This document shows positions 12,803 through 25,943 of a stretch of DNA of 64,000 nucleotides, piece by piece. Both the position numbers and the translations under genes were made by a program. The DNA is taken from positions 38,068,001 to 38,132,000 of the forward strand of contig NC_086383.1 of NCBI RefSeq assembly GCF_036588685.1, given 5' to 3'. Position 1 is the first letter of the stretch, and each line of letters opens with the position of its first letter. Below the pieces are notes generated by a model that did not search any database, was not told where the DNA came from, and saw only the letters and a list, made by a program, of their open reading frames with translations. The stretch is from Mytilus trossulus (taxonomy: Eukaryota).

Positions 12803-12986
12803 TACCGATTTTCGTGGATTTAAGGTACATTGTGTTTTTTGTGATACTTAATTCCGTGGTTTACAAATATTTTGTTATAAGGCTATCGGAAATTCAATTT
12901 TCGTTAAAAATTTGAATTTTGATTTTGTATTTATCCACGAAATCCACGAAAATTTGTTTCCAACAAATAATAGTGAATCCACAGTA
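12803..12986. mobile_element. right part of the interrupted MITE
   Basis: Continues TACCGATTTTCGTGGATT... and ends ATCCACGAAAATT...TGAATCCACAGTA. Confidence 0.7.
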
Positions 12987-15107
12987 TAACGGATCAGCGT
13001 CAGCTGACATTTTTACCATCTAAAATAAAGACATAAAGGAACACATATTTTTTTAAATGAAATATCTGTTAGACTCGAGGATAACTGTCGAGATTGAACC
13101 GAATAGATCCACAACACCAGTTTTTTTTAGGTTAAAGAGTACTTTAATACTAGCAAGAATGCATGTATTCTGCTGATGTTACGTGGTAAATGTATCGTAT
13201 GAAGAACACGTGTTCGTTTGAAAACAGTGAAGCAATCTTCAATCTCCAGAACGAATATATATATATATATATACAAAAATGTGTTAGAATTGCCAATAAT
13301 TGTCAATGGAACAACTCTTCACAACATATGCCACTGAAATTGACAACTATAGGTCACAGTACTGTCTTCAACAATGAACATAGACCATACAGCATAGTTA
13401 GCTATAAAAGAGGGGGCAAGGGGGGTTCCAATAACAACAAAACAGCAATTTGATTTGGCTTAAAACAGATAACAAGGAATTGAAATGGACAAAAACAGAT
13501 AACAGGAAATGAAATATCAAAATAAGTCGGGTCCTTGACAAATCCAGTATTTCTTACGGGTATAATCCTTTGTAATGAATTCAATCATTCTATGAACATG
13601 GTTCTTAGAAATATGTAGATCTAGATATGTATATTTGGTATGTTCTTGTCCGTCCGTCGTCAACATGTTGGACATTACCATAAACACTCTTTCACACATT
13701 CACATAAAAAATTGGGAAATTGTTTATATCAATTGACATGAGCTCCCTTTCGTTTTTTATAAATTTTAGATTTTAAGTTTATGAGGAATGGGGTTTTATT
13801 CAATAAAAATGGTGTTTTTTTTTTCTTTCTAATAATATCTTAAAAATCCTTTCACAAAAACTTGGTGACAGACCCACATGTTATGATGAATACACAGTAT
13901 ACTTTTATCTTAATTGGTCATGGTTTAAGTACATAACCATATCTATCAAACTTCTGTACATATATCATTTAATTCAAACAACGTCGGCTTATAAAAAAAA
14001 CAATTTTCGATTTTATGCTATTCAGTCAAAGGGTTAATTTATTTAAAATTATTTTCCAGTTTTCGGACATTAACTCAAAATTGTTTTCAGCAGTTCTCAA
14101 GACACTTTGATGTATTGTTTATATACATTATATATATTGACTGATTTATAAAAATATCTGATATGACATTGAGAAGTTATCGAATATTTCAAAAAGGTGA
14201 CGGGCATATCATTCGCTCATTGCATAGCTGTTACGTTTTTAAAGAACACTTGTTTTCAGCACTTATTTTTGTACAGTTATAGAAATAGTATTTAAATAGT
14301 GTGTTATAAAATTGAGAATGCAAATGAGGAATATGTCAAAGAGACAAAAATGATATCTAGCAAAAATTCAAGAGCAGTTATGGTATCAAAGTATAGGTCC
14401 AAATGACATAGTTCTTGTGTTTGTTTCTACTAAAAATGACCTAAAAGAGTTTGTATTCGTATTCTGACTTTTTTTAATGTACATTTAATCAGGTGTGTAA
14501 ATTTTTTTGAATAAGACTACGAGGCAAAGTTGTAAATAAGGTAGAAAAATCAAAAGTACCAATTGGAAGCATACAATTAACCAAGTACTTTAATCAGGTT
14601 TTTGATTGTACCAAGTCTACTAGTAGGTAGAATACATAGTTTAGTAGGGGATCAATGGCTTGAAGACGAAATAAATTTTTGTTTGTAATGAGTTAATTAC
14701 AGCTTCTGAACCCAGTACATGGTGGGAACTTTCATTGTACAATGTATTTGGTTCTGCTTTGAAAAGAGCTGAGATATGTACTATATAATATAAAAGGTTG
14801 ACTGGTTGTAAGGACCTAGATATTCCTGGCCATATGTTTTTCTTTTTGTCATATTAAGATTTGTTTTAATTTAATATGGTCGTACGGGAAACAAGGAACA
14901 TTATCCTCATACAAAAAAATAAGATAATTTTAAATAAATGTTCCCAAAAAATGGAATGTATTACAAAGGACAATCATAAAATATACTGGAATTGTCCTGG
15001 AACTCACTTCTGTAATATGTATATGTTAATGGAATCCTTCTCCGAATACGGGACCAACATATCAGTAGTGGTAGACTTGGCGGACAAAAACATGCTAACA
15101 TTCCAAT

Positions 15108-15302
15108 TTTCAATAATAGTTAACAGCTAATACATTATCACAATAACAGATAACAAAAAAACTAAAAGCCCAATAACAGCTAACAAAGAATAAGACAATA
15201 ACACCTAACAGCAAATATATTTTTAGAATAACAGATAACAAATAATTAAAATGCCCCATAACAGCATAACAACTAAACCCCTCCCCCCCCCCCCCCCCCA
15301 TA
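15108..15302. repeat. short element with internal AATAACAG(A/C)TAAC repeats and poly-C end
   Basis: About 6 copies of the motif; a similar structure occurs at 13410-13535. Confidence 0.55.
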
Positions 15303-16398
15303 AAAGAAACCCAATGACAAATGTAAAACAATTCAAACGAGAATACAAACTAAGATTTTTAAATTGTTTTACAGTATATTCTTCATTTACACAAATACAC
15401 TAGTCTCTTAGAGAGGGCTACGCGGTAAAACAAATGCTTAACTCTGTCACATTGTGTATGTACATGTATGTAGTCTATTTTATTCTACTTTATTGTTTAT
15501 TCATGTTATATTTTTCTTATTTTTTTAAGATTGTAAATTGCAAATAATTACTAACACCCAGTTTATTTGAAGTTTGGTGGACATTTGCGATCATATCACA
15601 TCTTTTCATTTGTAAAAATAATGTCGATAACACCACCGAAATGTCGACAAATCGGTATAAGTTCAAACGTTCGATCGTTTTTTTTAGCATATTTAAAAAA
15701 TGTATACAGCATCAATAGACGAGAACACAATTTGGAATATAACAGAGTAAGGGATCTGCCAAATATGTATAACGTAGATATAGGAAGATGTGGTGTGAGT
15801 GCCATAACGTGTCTGAGTTGAATACGAATATCACAAAAGCCACCAACAATAACAAACTAAAATGAAGGTTGCTGAATTTGAAATTACACATTAAGATTGT
15901 CGAGTCGTTAACGATGATGTTTGTCAATGTTAAAATTTAGCGTTTGCTGACAAAATAATGGCAAATTGCAAGAAAGGACACTATAAGCTACTCGGTGTTG
16001 GTCGAAACTATCAAAAACATAATTAATGACAATTACTTTCTAGTACGTAGATTGACAACTTGTGTTACGTGACTTATTTTCTCTTATACTTGCTCATGTG
16101 TCCATTTCTAATATAAATTCGACCGTTGGTTTGTCGTTTAAATGATTTTAAACTAGTAATGTGTGGGGTCCTTTGTAACTTGCTGTTTGGTGTTAGCAAA
16201 AACTGAATGAAGAAGTCCTATAATGGTTTACTTTAATAAATTGTTATTTGGATGGAGAGTTGTCTCATTGGCACTCTCATCATATCTTCCTATATCTATA
16301 CAATGATTTGTAATGCTAATGATTTTCACCCTTGCACGTTTGACCTTATCTTCATCGTGCTTATAATAGACGAAACAAACAATGACAAACAATTGCCA

Positions 16399-16680
16399 GA
16401 AAATTTCAGGAACTCAATTTTCGGCTCTCTCTTGACACCATTTGCGAGTATGGTCTTAAGGAAACGATGATAGTCCGTCGGAAGGGGAAGATAAATGGCT
16501 GACCCGTGTTAAGAGAGAGCCATATCTCTTGCACGTTAAATACACCCTTGTAGATTTCGAAAAAGAGTAGGCTAATGCCGCTACAAGGCATAACTCGCAC
16601 CCGCAAAGTGGAAAGGGATTAATATAAGTTGCAAAACTTGTTACCCAATCCACTCTAAATAAATATGTTTAAACTAAACT
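16399..16680 (+). mobile_element. 5'-truncated copy of the same SINE
   Basis: Colinear with ~3215-3495; AAACT-type tail; perfect 11-bp TSD AACAATTGCCA (16388-98 and 16681-91). Confidence 0.88.
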
Positions 16681-16919
16681 AACAATTGCCACTTGATACG
16701 CTTAAGGATAATTTTTGAGAGATAATTCAGCCATGATAACTTTTATGAAGGTTCTGGATTTTTTTTAAACTTAGCTTTTTGTTGCAAAGAAAATCAGAAA
16801 AAAGATCATAATGAAGTCGAACTAAAGCCTCGTTCACTATTATGTATTTTAAATTTCCGTATGGTTTGATATTAAAGTGTATCTTAACAAATGTATGTTA
16901 ACGAATCTCATACAGTTAT

Positions 16920-17130
16920 TTAAATGAGACCATCCCTGAGTGTTATCAGTTATTGTTTTGTGTAGCTAGCTAAATTACTAACTGGACGGTGGATGAGAGG
17001 ACACATTTATAAAACAATATAGCCCTGATACGATAGTTGCAAATTATACTGTCAATGGACAAACGACAGACGATGTAATACGAACTGAGGAGAACATGTT
17101 ACTTGTTTCTTGGGCAAGATGAGCTAAAAC
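16920..17130 (-). mobile_element. degenerate HINE terminus
   Basis: GGACAAACGACAGACG microsatellite remnant and ...CTTGGGCAAGATGAGCTAAAA end, like 41225-41260. Confidence 0.45.
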
Positions 17131-17240
17131 AAACATTTGTAATTCGCTTTAAAGCAAAATGATAAACAGTGGTTTATATACTAGTACACATACGTATATG
17201 TATAACCATACATATATATGTAGGACTTTGTAGTGTGATA

Positions 17241-18222
17241 GGGACGCTTAAGTACGATTATCACGCTTAAGTGCGATTCTTCCCTACGCTTAAATCCGAT
17301 GGTCCACTAACGTATAAACGTTATAAACGTAGTTTGATTATGACGTTAACAGTCGTTTATAATACAAACCACAAATGAACACGCCGGTAGACAAATTACA
17401 AATATTTCATTAACAACTTTTGATCCAAATGTGAATTACTTAGCTAATTTAAATCTAATCATGCTTTGCCGGCTAGAGAAAATGTGTTTTATTTCGGTAG
17501 CTGGAGGAAGAATTTGTAACCTGCTGCAGTCGATCGTTATTTATAGGCATAATAGATACAAGTAGTATTCGCATAGATATCCTGTATCCTGCTTTTATTG
17601 AAAGCGAACGGATACATTTGAATCATTGTTTATGTTGCAGTTTATTTTACGGTTTCCTTTGAAATGTCGCTTTTTTTGTAAAGCAACGTGTTCAATATTA
17701 AGGTACATATTTTCATGCGTAAGTTATAACTAATCGATGATAATCGAATTTTATATCTTTTAACTTAAAAAGGACGATTACTAGGGGAGATGTTCCCATA
17801 AGCGATAGACTGTGTACAGCAAGCTACCACAATTATAACAATATTTAATACGCACGATTTTTCAAAAATGCATTTACAAGAAATATATCGTATTCTGCGA
17901 TTACCTTTTTAAGCAATTATTACATGGTCGATCTTTGAGAATTAGTCACTTTTAAAAGGCTACTGTTAAATTATACTGCCTTTCACATCTGTGGTATACA
18001 CCTTATAATACTAGATTATACAATAGGGTTATTGTTGCATTGAAAGTCCTCTAACTCTTTTTTTATAAAGCCCTCGAACATTACCCTTTGGTACATCGCA
18101 CTTCAGCGTGATATACCGTCGAACTTTAGCGAACGAACAACCATCGCACTTTAACGCGCGACACCATCGTACTTTAGTTTAGATCATCGCACATTAGCGT
18201 GGCCATCGCACTTAAGAGTCTC
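17241..18222. mobile_element. ~980-bp non-autonomous DNA transposon with subterminal repeats
   Basis: GGGACGCTTAAGTACGAT left and ATCGCACTTAAGAGTCTC right; CGCTWAAGTGCGAT-like motif repeated 3x left and ~6x inverted right; no clean TSD. Confidence 0.7.
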
Positions 18223-18819
18223 ACATATGTATGATCATTTGTATTACATCTTGTAACTCATATAATCATTCTAATCTGATACACTATTTTGTTAAAAACA
18301 ACGTCCATCATATGGTCGAAAATAATGCTTGTGTTGTCTTTATCCTGTGCTCTGCTATTTTGAAAAGGAATCAGAAGACAACTCGCTTCATTATGAGTAG
18401 TTTCGTGCAATGAATAGCCTAAACCATTTATCGGCTTTATATCACCAAAACTTTTTCGAGGTTTTGCCCTTATACTTGACTTTTATATTATCTTGACTAG
18501 CTTTTCGCCTCTTCTACTCCATAAAACGATGACATGTGCACGAAGGGTACAATATGAAAAGTACTTTGTCTACTATGACAACTCATTTCACGGTATTTGC
18601 GTCATGACTGTTAAAACCTTGAGGAAATGATTCAGTTGTAGGACTTTTTCAAAAAGTATGTGTATAACAAAAAATAATGACTAGTAAACGTCTTCAAATA
18701 AAATAGATATATATAGATACTACATTATCAATTTTACAACAAAAATAATCACATTTGGATTCGTCAAATAACAATCACTTACTGTTACTGTATTATACCC
18801 ATGCATACAGTGGTCTTAC

Positions 18820-18986
18820 CTTCAGGTAAATTAGAAAAAGCTATGCCTTGGTCGATTCCATTTAGGTAATAGTGTAGGGTATTGTCTGACGCTTTCACCA
18901 TACCGAGTTTATCACCGACTTGTAATGTAGTTGTACTTAAGGAATATGATCCAATCCCCTCTCCATTTTTGTATAAATAATTATCA
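18820..18986 (-). CDS. NHR protein coding exon C
   Basis: CTTTCAG acceptor; 167 nt; phase 2 to 1; DNYLYKNGEGIGSYSLSTTTLQVGDKLGMVKASDNTLHYYLNGIDQGIAFSNLPE, with the typical NHR L.VGD++G+.....LH+++NG.DQG.A...+P motif; GTAAGA donor. Confidence 0.9.
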
Positions 18987-21900
18987 CTGAAAGATAAAGT
19001 GTTAACAATGAAGGTATCTGTTTTATTTATATTATCTTACCCGGTAACTTCTGTATGGTTATCCTGACTTAAAGTAATTTTAAGACATGTAATCTTTGGA
19101 TTATCAATTATTAATGTAGCTTAGAGTGGGTGACATCACATAATTTCTATCACCATAAATAGCTTTCTTGGGCGTTTTCCAAACAAAGTTTTCATTATTT
19201 TATTTCATCTCAGTTATATGTATTTGTGATTATTGAATTAATGTGCTACTTCATATGAAAAGCAATGTCCTTTCGTATTATTTCGCGTTAAAAGGAAACA
19301 TTGTTAAATTAAGAAACTTTGCTAACTTGTAAGTTCTTGTTTTATTGCTTCATTGTTTATTTCTTAATTCAAAGCTGCAAGCATGTCACATATAGTCAGA
19401 ATGGTGTTGTGTATTACTCAATTACTGCAATAATCAATAACACTAGCTTGCAATTTTACGACATTCTCATTTTTTTCAATGCTATAAATATGCTACTGAA
19501 GCTAAGAAACACAATACTTTCAACGTATAAAAGCACACCAAGGCAACCTATAAACACGTATATTGCTTCGAATAGTACAAGAGATATTGTTATCTATAAG
19601 TTGGTCGGGGTTGTTTGAAAAGTTTTAATTTTGTGTACATGTTTTTGGTCGTTAGAGAAATCGAACACCAAAATATAACAACAAAATGTAGTCAAATAAC
19701 CAAATTATAGTATTGGGTGTCATGCATGGATACATTGTTAGTATATACGCTCTATAGTAAGAAAAATAAGGAACATTAATGCGTGTTTTGAGGTTTGACA
19801 ATATCGTGATATTACAAACTAGGGTCTTAATATCAAAATCATTGATGGTATATACGGTAAGAATTGGAATGCAATGAATGACTGAAAAAAGAAATAAACA
19901 ATATCATGTAAACATGTTTAGGGAGAGCAAAACTAGTTTTATTAAAAGGGTCAACTAATGCGTGTCAGTATAGGAAGGGTCGGGTCTGATTAACATAAAC
20001 TATCAATCTAAACAAATTAAAAGAAAGACAACGTTTTAGGATCATAAACGGATATCTGCAACACAATAGCCGAATGGTAGTTACACAGACTTGATATCAA
20101 ATATTATGTGATTTTGTTTTAGCAAAATGTATTGGATTCCGATGATGGCAAAAACAAAATGTGCCGAAACTGTAGCTTGATTCAATTAAAACGTGCAATA
20201 GGGTTACAAAATGTACCAGACTTATCACTAATAACACCAGACGCGCGTTTTGTCTTTTTACTTAAGTTCAATAAATAGAAACGATATCCTTAACCAACAA
20301 TAATTCGAAAATATAAAATTTAATACAACATAATTCTTATTTTCTTCACTATCTTCGGAGATGTTAATTGCATGTAATCAAATTCATAGGGATGTAAAAC
20401 AAACACATACAAAAACACTTTATAAACAATATCATTGAAGATAAAACAAACTGGATTTCAGAATTGACATGATTGAAATGAGTTATTCTATAATCGTTCA
20501 AAGTTGAAATAAAAAACGTCAACCTGTATCCAGAACGACAAAAAATGGTTATTACAATGTTAAATTAAAAGTACTTTAGAAATGTATGGCACAAATTAAA
20601 TAAGTAGATCCTACATTACATATCTTTAAAAAATATCCAATATTCGTAACAACAAGATATACATGAGATAGGTCCAATAAAATAGAATATTCAGTATAAT
20701 TCTGAACTACCTCGAGAAAAAAAATATGGAGAAATTTAGATAAATATCCTCTAAGAATGCAAATCAAATTAGCTGGAAACTTATAAGATTATCTTCTCGG
20801 TGTAATCACTGTTGAGAATAGTCAAATCCAATGATGGTAAATGCCATTTTTGTAAAACAGAAAACAAAACCCTCACAGAGCATCTAATAACTGTGACAGT
20901 ATAAAGGTTTTTTGTTGTTATATGCTAGGCATGGTTTATGCTTTTAAAAAACATAATGTGCTGAATAATACACAGCAGATATTCTAATAAGGCAAAAAAT
21001 ATAATACTAGAAATATACGGTTTCAATAAAAAGAACGATATGATGTAATACCCAACACGGTTAAATAAATATTATTAATTATCAAAGAGGGACGAAAGAT
21101 AAGAGAGGGACAGTCAAACTCATCAATCAAGAATAAACTGACAACGCCTGGCTAAAAATAAAAGAAGACAAATAGACAAACAATAGAACACATTACATAA
21201 GATAGAAAACTAGAGAATAAGCAACGTGATTCCCACCAAAAACTTGGAATATAATCAAATATTGCTTTCTTTCAATCTTGCAACCGTATACATGTTATAC
21301 ATTCAACATCATATATGAAGTATAGATCAATGACAATCGTCGATCATTTGGCCTATCACAATTACTCGCCGACACACTACAGAGTTATACATGTTATCCA
21401 AGTGTTTAAAGTACATATTTTGTAGTGTGATTCATGAAGTAGTTCCTCTTACGTACAATGCTATATTGTTTTGTATGCTGGTTTTCCCTAATTATCGTTT
21501 ACCACAGTTATAACTGGTATCGGGTTAGTAGGAGTTTCCTACATGTACTTTCTTTACTTGACCATTTTCAGTTATATTATTAATGAAGCAACTATTCATC
21601 AGAGTTTAATTGTCACACGATTAGAGAAAAAAAATCCAGTGCTAAGGGTTTTACAAAAAAAAAAAACACACGAGGAAAACATATTTCTTATCCTGAGACC
21701 CCAATTTAAACACCACTTGACAAAATACACAGTGGCATGTATGATATGAATGGTTCTTCATCAACGCGAAAGGGACGGTATTTGGTTTTGAAATAAATTA
21801 AAGTTTTTAAATGTTTTCTTAAACACAAAAAGAAAAGGATTATCCACCGGTTATATAGAATTATTTTAGTCTTATGAAAATGAAAAAGCTTGTAATTAAA

Positions 21901-23127
21901 TACCTAACAACTCTATCAATGACATATAAAGCAATCTTCTATTAATATAACTACACATTATGTGATTTGTATATAGAGTGAAATTGAGAAAGGAAATGGG
22001 AAATATTTCAAAACGACAACAACCCGACAATAGAGCAGACAACAGCCGAGATTCATTTTTGTTGTTGACATAGCGGATTTTTTTAAATTTCTGTAGTGAC
22101 TAAGATTTTAACACAGTGTTGACTCCAGTCCCAATAGTTTGACATTTTTACCCATTATTTCTGTTTGTTTTGATTTTATATTGATGTCAATACAATGGAA
22201 TGTTATGCGGCTGTTATACAAGTGAGAAAAAAGCAAGCTGTACGTCTAAATTTTGCCACACTGACACATGACACAGACAAAGAAACGACAGTGCCAAGTA
22301 GGGCTTATAACAAGTGTATTTGATATTTGAAATTTTATTTTGCTTTTTGTTCAAGAACTTTCAGTTTTAAATTATCGTTTAAGCTTTGCATGTTAGTTTA
22401 TGTACTTTGTACATTGAAGCTATGCCGAGACAAGTTGTTATCTAATTTTTTATCAAAGAAAACACCACTTTATATACGATATAAACAACTGGTTAAACAC
22501 CTGATTTGTTTCAACTTTGTTAAATACAAACAAAAGGCTGACAAACAGTTGCTTTAAATTTCAAAATCATCAACTATTTCTTTTATATTCAAATGTCTAC
22601 ATTCGATGTTACTATAATATTACAACGCTAGCGATCGCGAACGTTTGAAATTGTTTCAAAACCCAAATTATGAAAATTTAAAAGCAACTTAAACATTACC
22701 TTCATCAACAACGTTTTGCACTGGCGATAACCAATATTTGTATAAAAAGTGTTTCATATTTAGTTTGACTTCACAGATTTAGATAACGGTAATTTGATAA
22801 CTTGATTGTCATTTTCCTCGCTGCACTTAATATTACCGTGTACTGATGCAGCCCATGCAAATTTGAAAACTGTTTTCGGATCGAGTTTTATTTCATGAAG
22901 TCTATGAAAACTGATGAATATGTACTTCAAAGTAAACTTTTATTTGGCCTTGACTTTTATATGTTTCAGGTTTTGTTCCAAGTGGTAGGTTTTTGAGAAA
23001 AAGTTAATTGAAACATATCTGCATGTGTTGTATCAATAGACCTGTCAAATGCAAGAGTGGTAACAGTAATTTGAAAGCAGAGAAATGTGTACAAAAGTCT
23101 CATTCCTTCTTTAAAACATGAACCTAC

Positions 23128-23203
23128 AATAATATCCAGCTTTCTTTCAACTCCAATCCCCAGGATATTTCCGTCAGATCAGATGGTATATTTGTCGTCA
23201 CAC
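23128..23203 (-). CDS. NHR protein coding exon B
   Basis: TTGACAG acceptor; 76 nt; phase 1 to 2; (G)VTTNIPSDLTEISWGLELKESWIL(F), matching NHR GVT...P.......L...SW; GTAGGT donor. Confidence 0.85.
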
Positions 23204-23805
23204 CTGTCAATAGATCATAAAACTGATCTGAAATTTGTAATTTTCAATACGGTTTGCATTTATTGATTACTTTAAGATTGACAGATTTCTAAGGTATGAG
23301 ACTGATATGTTTTGAATCAATAATACCCAGGAAAATTCACTAGAAACTTATTGTAATCAACTTGTTTTAAATTTGCGTACGTGTTGGTGTTAAATGTGTT
23401 TTATTGAATTATTTTTAAAAACGTTTCAAAATCAGAAATTTACATGGCTAGTTGCAGCAATTGATACGAATCTGTGACGTTTTATTGCACACACTTTTTT
23501 GAGTTTACATGGTAGAGGTTCTTGACATCACTTGATGTCAGTTGTTTGTTATATCGTTTATTCAATTCACTTCTTATTTAAACTAAAACTGTTAGTAAAA
23601 AAAATATGAACTCATCATAAATGTATTTGCTGGTACTGTTAAACGAACTGTAATGTGATTAAGAAAGTAAAAGGAGACCATTAAAACGAAAACCAACAGA
23701 ATATTAAAGCTTATAAGTCTACAACTGACTTTGTCATGGCAAAATCAAGACATACAACTAAAAAAAACCAGCAGTACATTGCAGTACATTGTATTTACAA
23801 TATTC

Positions 23806-24432
23806 ACCTTGTTAGTCGAAATATTTTGTCTGTTCGGAGTAATCCCTCCGAAACCCAAAAACCTTGTGATCGTTCCAACACCGTAACCGTAATAGGTAGA
23901 AAAAAAACGAAGGTTGAAATTTGTTCAGGACTAGACCCCGGTTCTTCGTTACATTTGGATCGAAAAGATTCAACGACTCATTGGTAGGGTTATGCCCCTA
24001 TTAAAATTAACCGGTGTCGGTTGGCCACCAAAACCGTAAGTCGTAGACACCTAGGATCTTTACCATTCATCATCAATTCATGTGACTTTGAAAAACATCT
24101 CAAGGTCAAATGTGTATGTTGACCTTGACCTTTGACCTAACACCTTGTTATCAGAACAACTCAGAAACCATTATACTTACAGAAGTTTTAAATAGTGCAA
24201 AATGTTTGGGTCATTACGGCGCAACTTTGTTACATATTGACCGAAGAGATTTGACCTTTTTCTAAGGGGCATAAAGCCAATTTTATGTTTGTGTAAAGAC
24301 AAAATCAGCTTTTAATATAACCAAAGTTCCTAGACCCATGGGGTCTTCAGTAATGACATTGGGGATTAATGACCTTGTCAAAAGGTCAAAGGTCAAGGTC
24401 ATGTCCCAAATCACGAATTATGTGTTTTTGAC
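23806..24432. mobile_element. HINE-like element with GACCTTGACCTTTGACC / AAGGTCAAAGGTCAAGGTCA motifs
   Basis: Repeated inverted TGACCT/AGGTCA blocks at 24100-24140 and 24370-24400, typical of molluscan Helentron-associated repeats. Confidence 0.55.
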
Positions 24433-25750
24433 CTTATTTAAAATATTTTCATTGTGTTTTAAAGCTTTTCAATGCAGTCTACGTCTATTAGAACATGTAT
24501 GTCACGTTACAAAAGGAAAGACCTCTCAATTTGTTCAAGAACAATTGACATTTTAATTGTTTCTCTTTTTTTTCATTTTTTTATGGCATTTTTTGTTTAT
24601 TCTAACTCTTCTTTACAACTATGTAAAATAACAACATATCGACTGTATGACATTCTAAATTTTATAAAGCGTTTTGTCATTATGTGAGCAAATGTTAATG
24701 TGTCTAATCGGTCTTTTTGATTTAGTAAAAAAAGCTCGAATTTTAGTCAAATCTACATAATTGATCCATTTTAGCACACGATTTTAAAGACAAATGTATA
24801 GAAATAACAGAAATGCTACCATATATGGGTTTTTAAACCATGTTTTTCAACTTTCTACTCTGAGTTAACAATCGGATGATATTCATCGTCATGATAGGAT
24901 GGTTGCGTTTATTCAATCAGGTTATAAAAAAGTAGCCAATTTAGTACAATCTCTGTCATACAAAACACATAACGGTATTTGCGCATTTTCCGTTATCTGA
25001 AACTTCTTTCCGTGTTTTCTGTCTTAAATACAACACGTACAAACAAGCTGATGTTTCTAGAATATATCGGTATATGACAACATATTAGCTGTCAATGCAG
25101 TAAAACTTCATACACTATGTTAGAAATTATAAGTCATTTTCCGTTGTTTTGAAAATATACCTTGTTAAAGATAAGATGAACAAGAAAATTATTTATTTGA
25201 CACTGACAAATAATTATGATTTTTTGACATATTTTACAATTCACAAGTTAACAACTGATTTAGCATGTTTAGATTAAACAATCATCATTTCACATTGTTG
25301 CCTGAACAGATTACTTTATAATGCTAGTCTGATATAAACATTTCAGCAGTGTTCTTTTTTGAGTGAATACTGAAGTTGTCTCAAAGATTACAAAAATGTA
25401 GATAATAAAGAGTAATGGATGATACTAAATTTATATAAAACATTGTGAAAGGGAGAAAAAATGCAAAATTATAATAAAATTAAAAAGAGATGGGAAATGC
25501 CAGCAATTTACCACTCAACATTGTCAAAGTCTTAACTTTCAAATATTATAGGTGCCAGTTTTTGTTTTTCTTACACTAACACATACTATTTGAAACTGTA
25601 AAAGGTAAAACTTTTTTTCTATGGTTTCCTAAGACAAAAGCTATGATTTTTTTAATAGCGATTCTATCAACCTCTCACTTGATAGAAGTGTTTGGTTCAG
25701 TCATTTCAATAACATTATAAATAGTTTGTAAAGTATGATAAAAAAAGTAC

Positions 25751-25943
25751 CTAAGATAAGTGATGGACTCCATTTGATAACTTTCTCGTCTACTTGTATT
25801 TCATAAATTTTGCCATTCACTAATGGTGTGTTGGTAAAACAAATACTATCACCATATGTGTTGGTTGGATTTGATCGCTTTGCAGTGGTACAATTGTTTT
25901 CCAGTGAAATATTTTCACCACACGTTCGATGAAACTTCCACAT
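25751..25943 (-). CDS. NHR (neuralized homology repeat) domain protein, neuralized-like protein 4-like; coding exon A
   Basis: Translates MWKFHRTCGENISLENNCTTAKRSNPTNTYGDSICFTNTPLVNGKIYEIQVDEKVIKWSPSLILG, matching the NHR N-terminal pattern (FHxxCGxNIxL...A.R...F+..PL..G..FE+.+D.K...WS.S+.+G). Ends in phase 1 at GT donor 25750. A TTACAG acceptor lies at 25985. Confidence 0.88.

Noticed and set aside
20233-20260. CCAGACGCGCGTTTTGTC, resembling part of a mussel retrozyme hammerhead on the minus strand
   Set aside because: Only a short mutated remnant; the CTGATGA half is missing.
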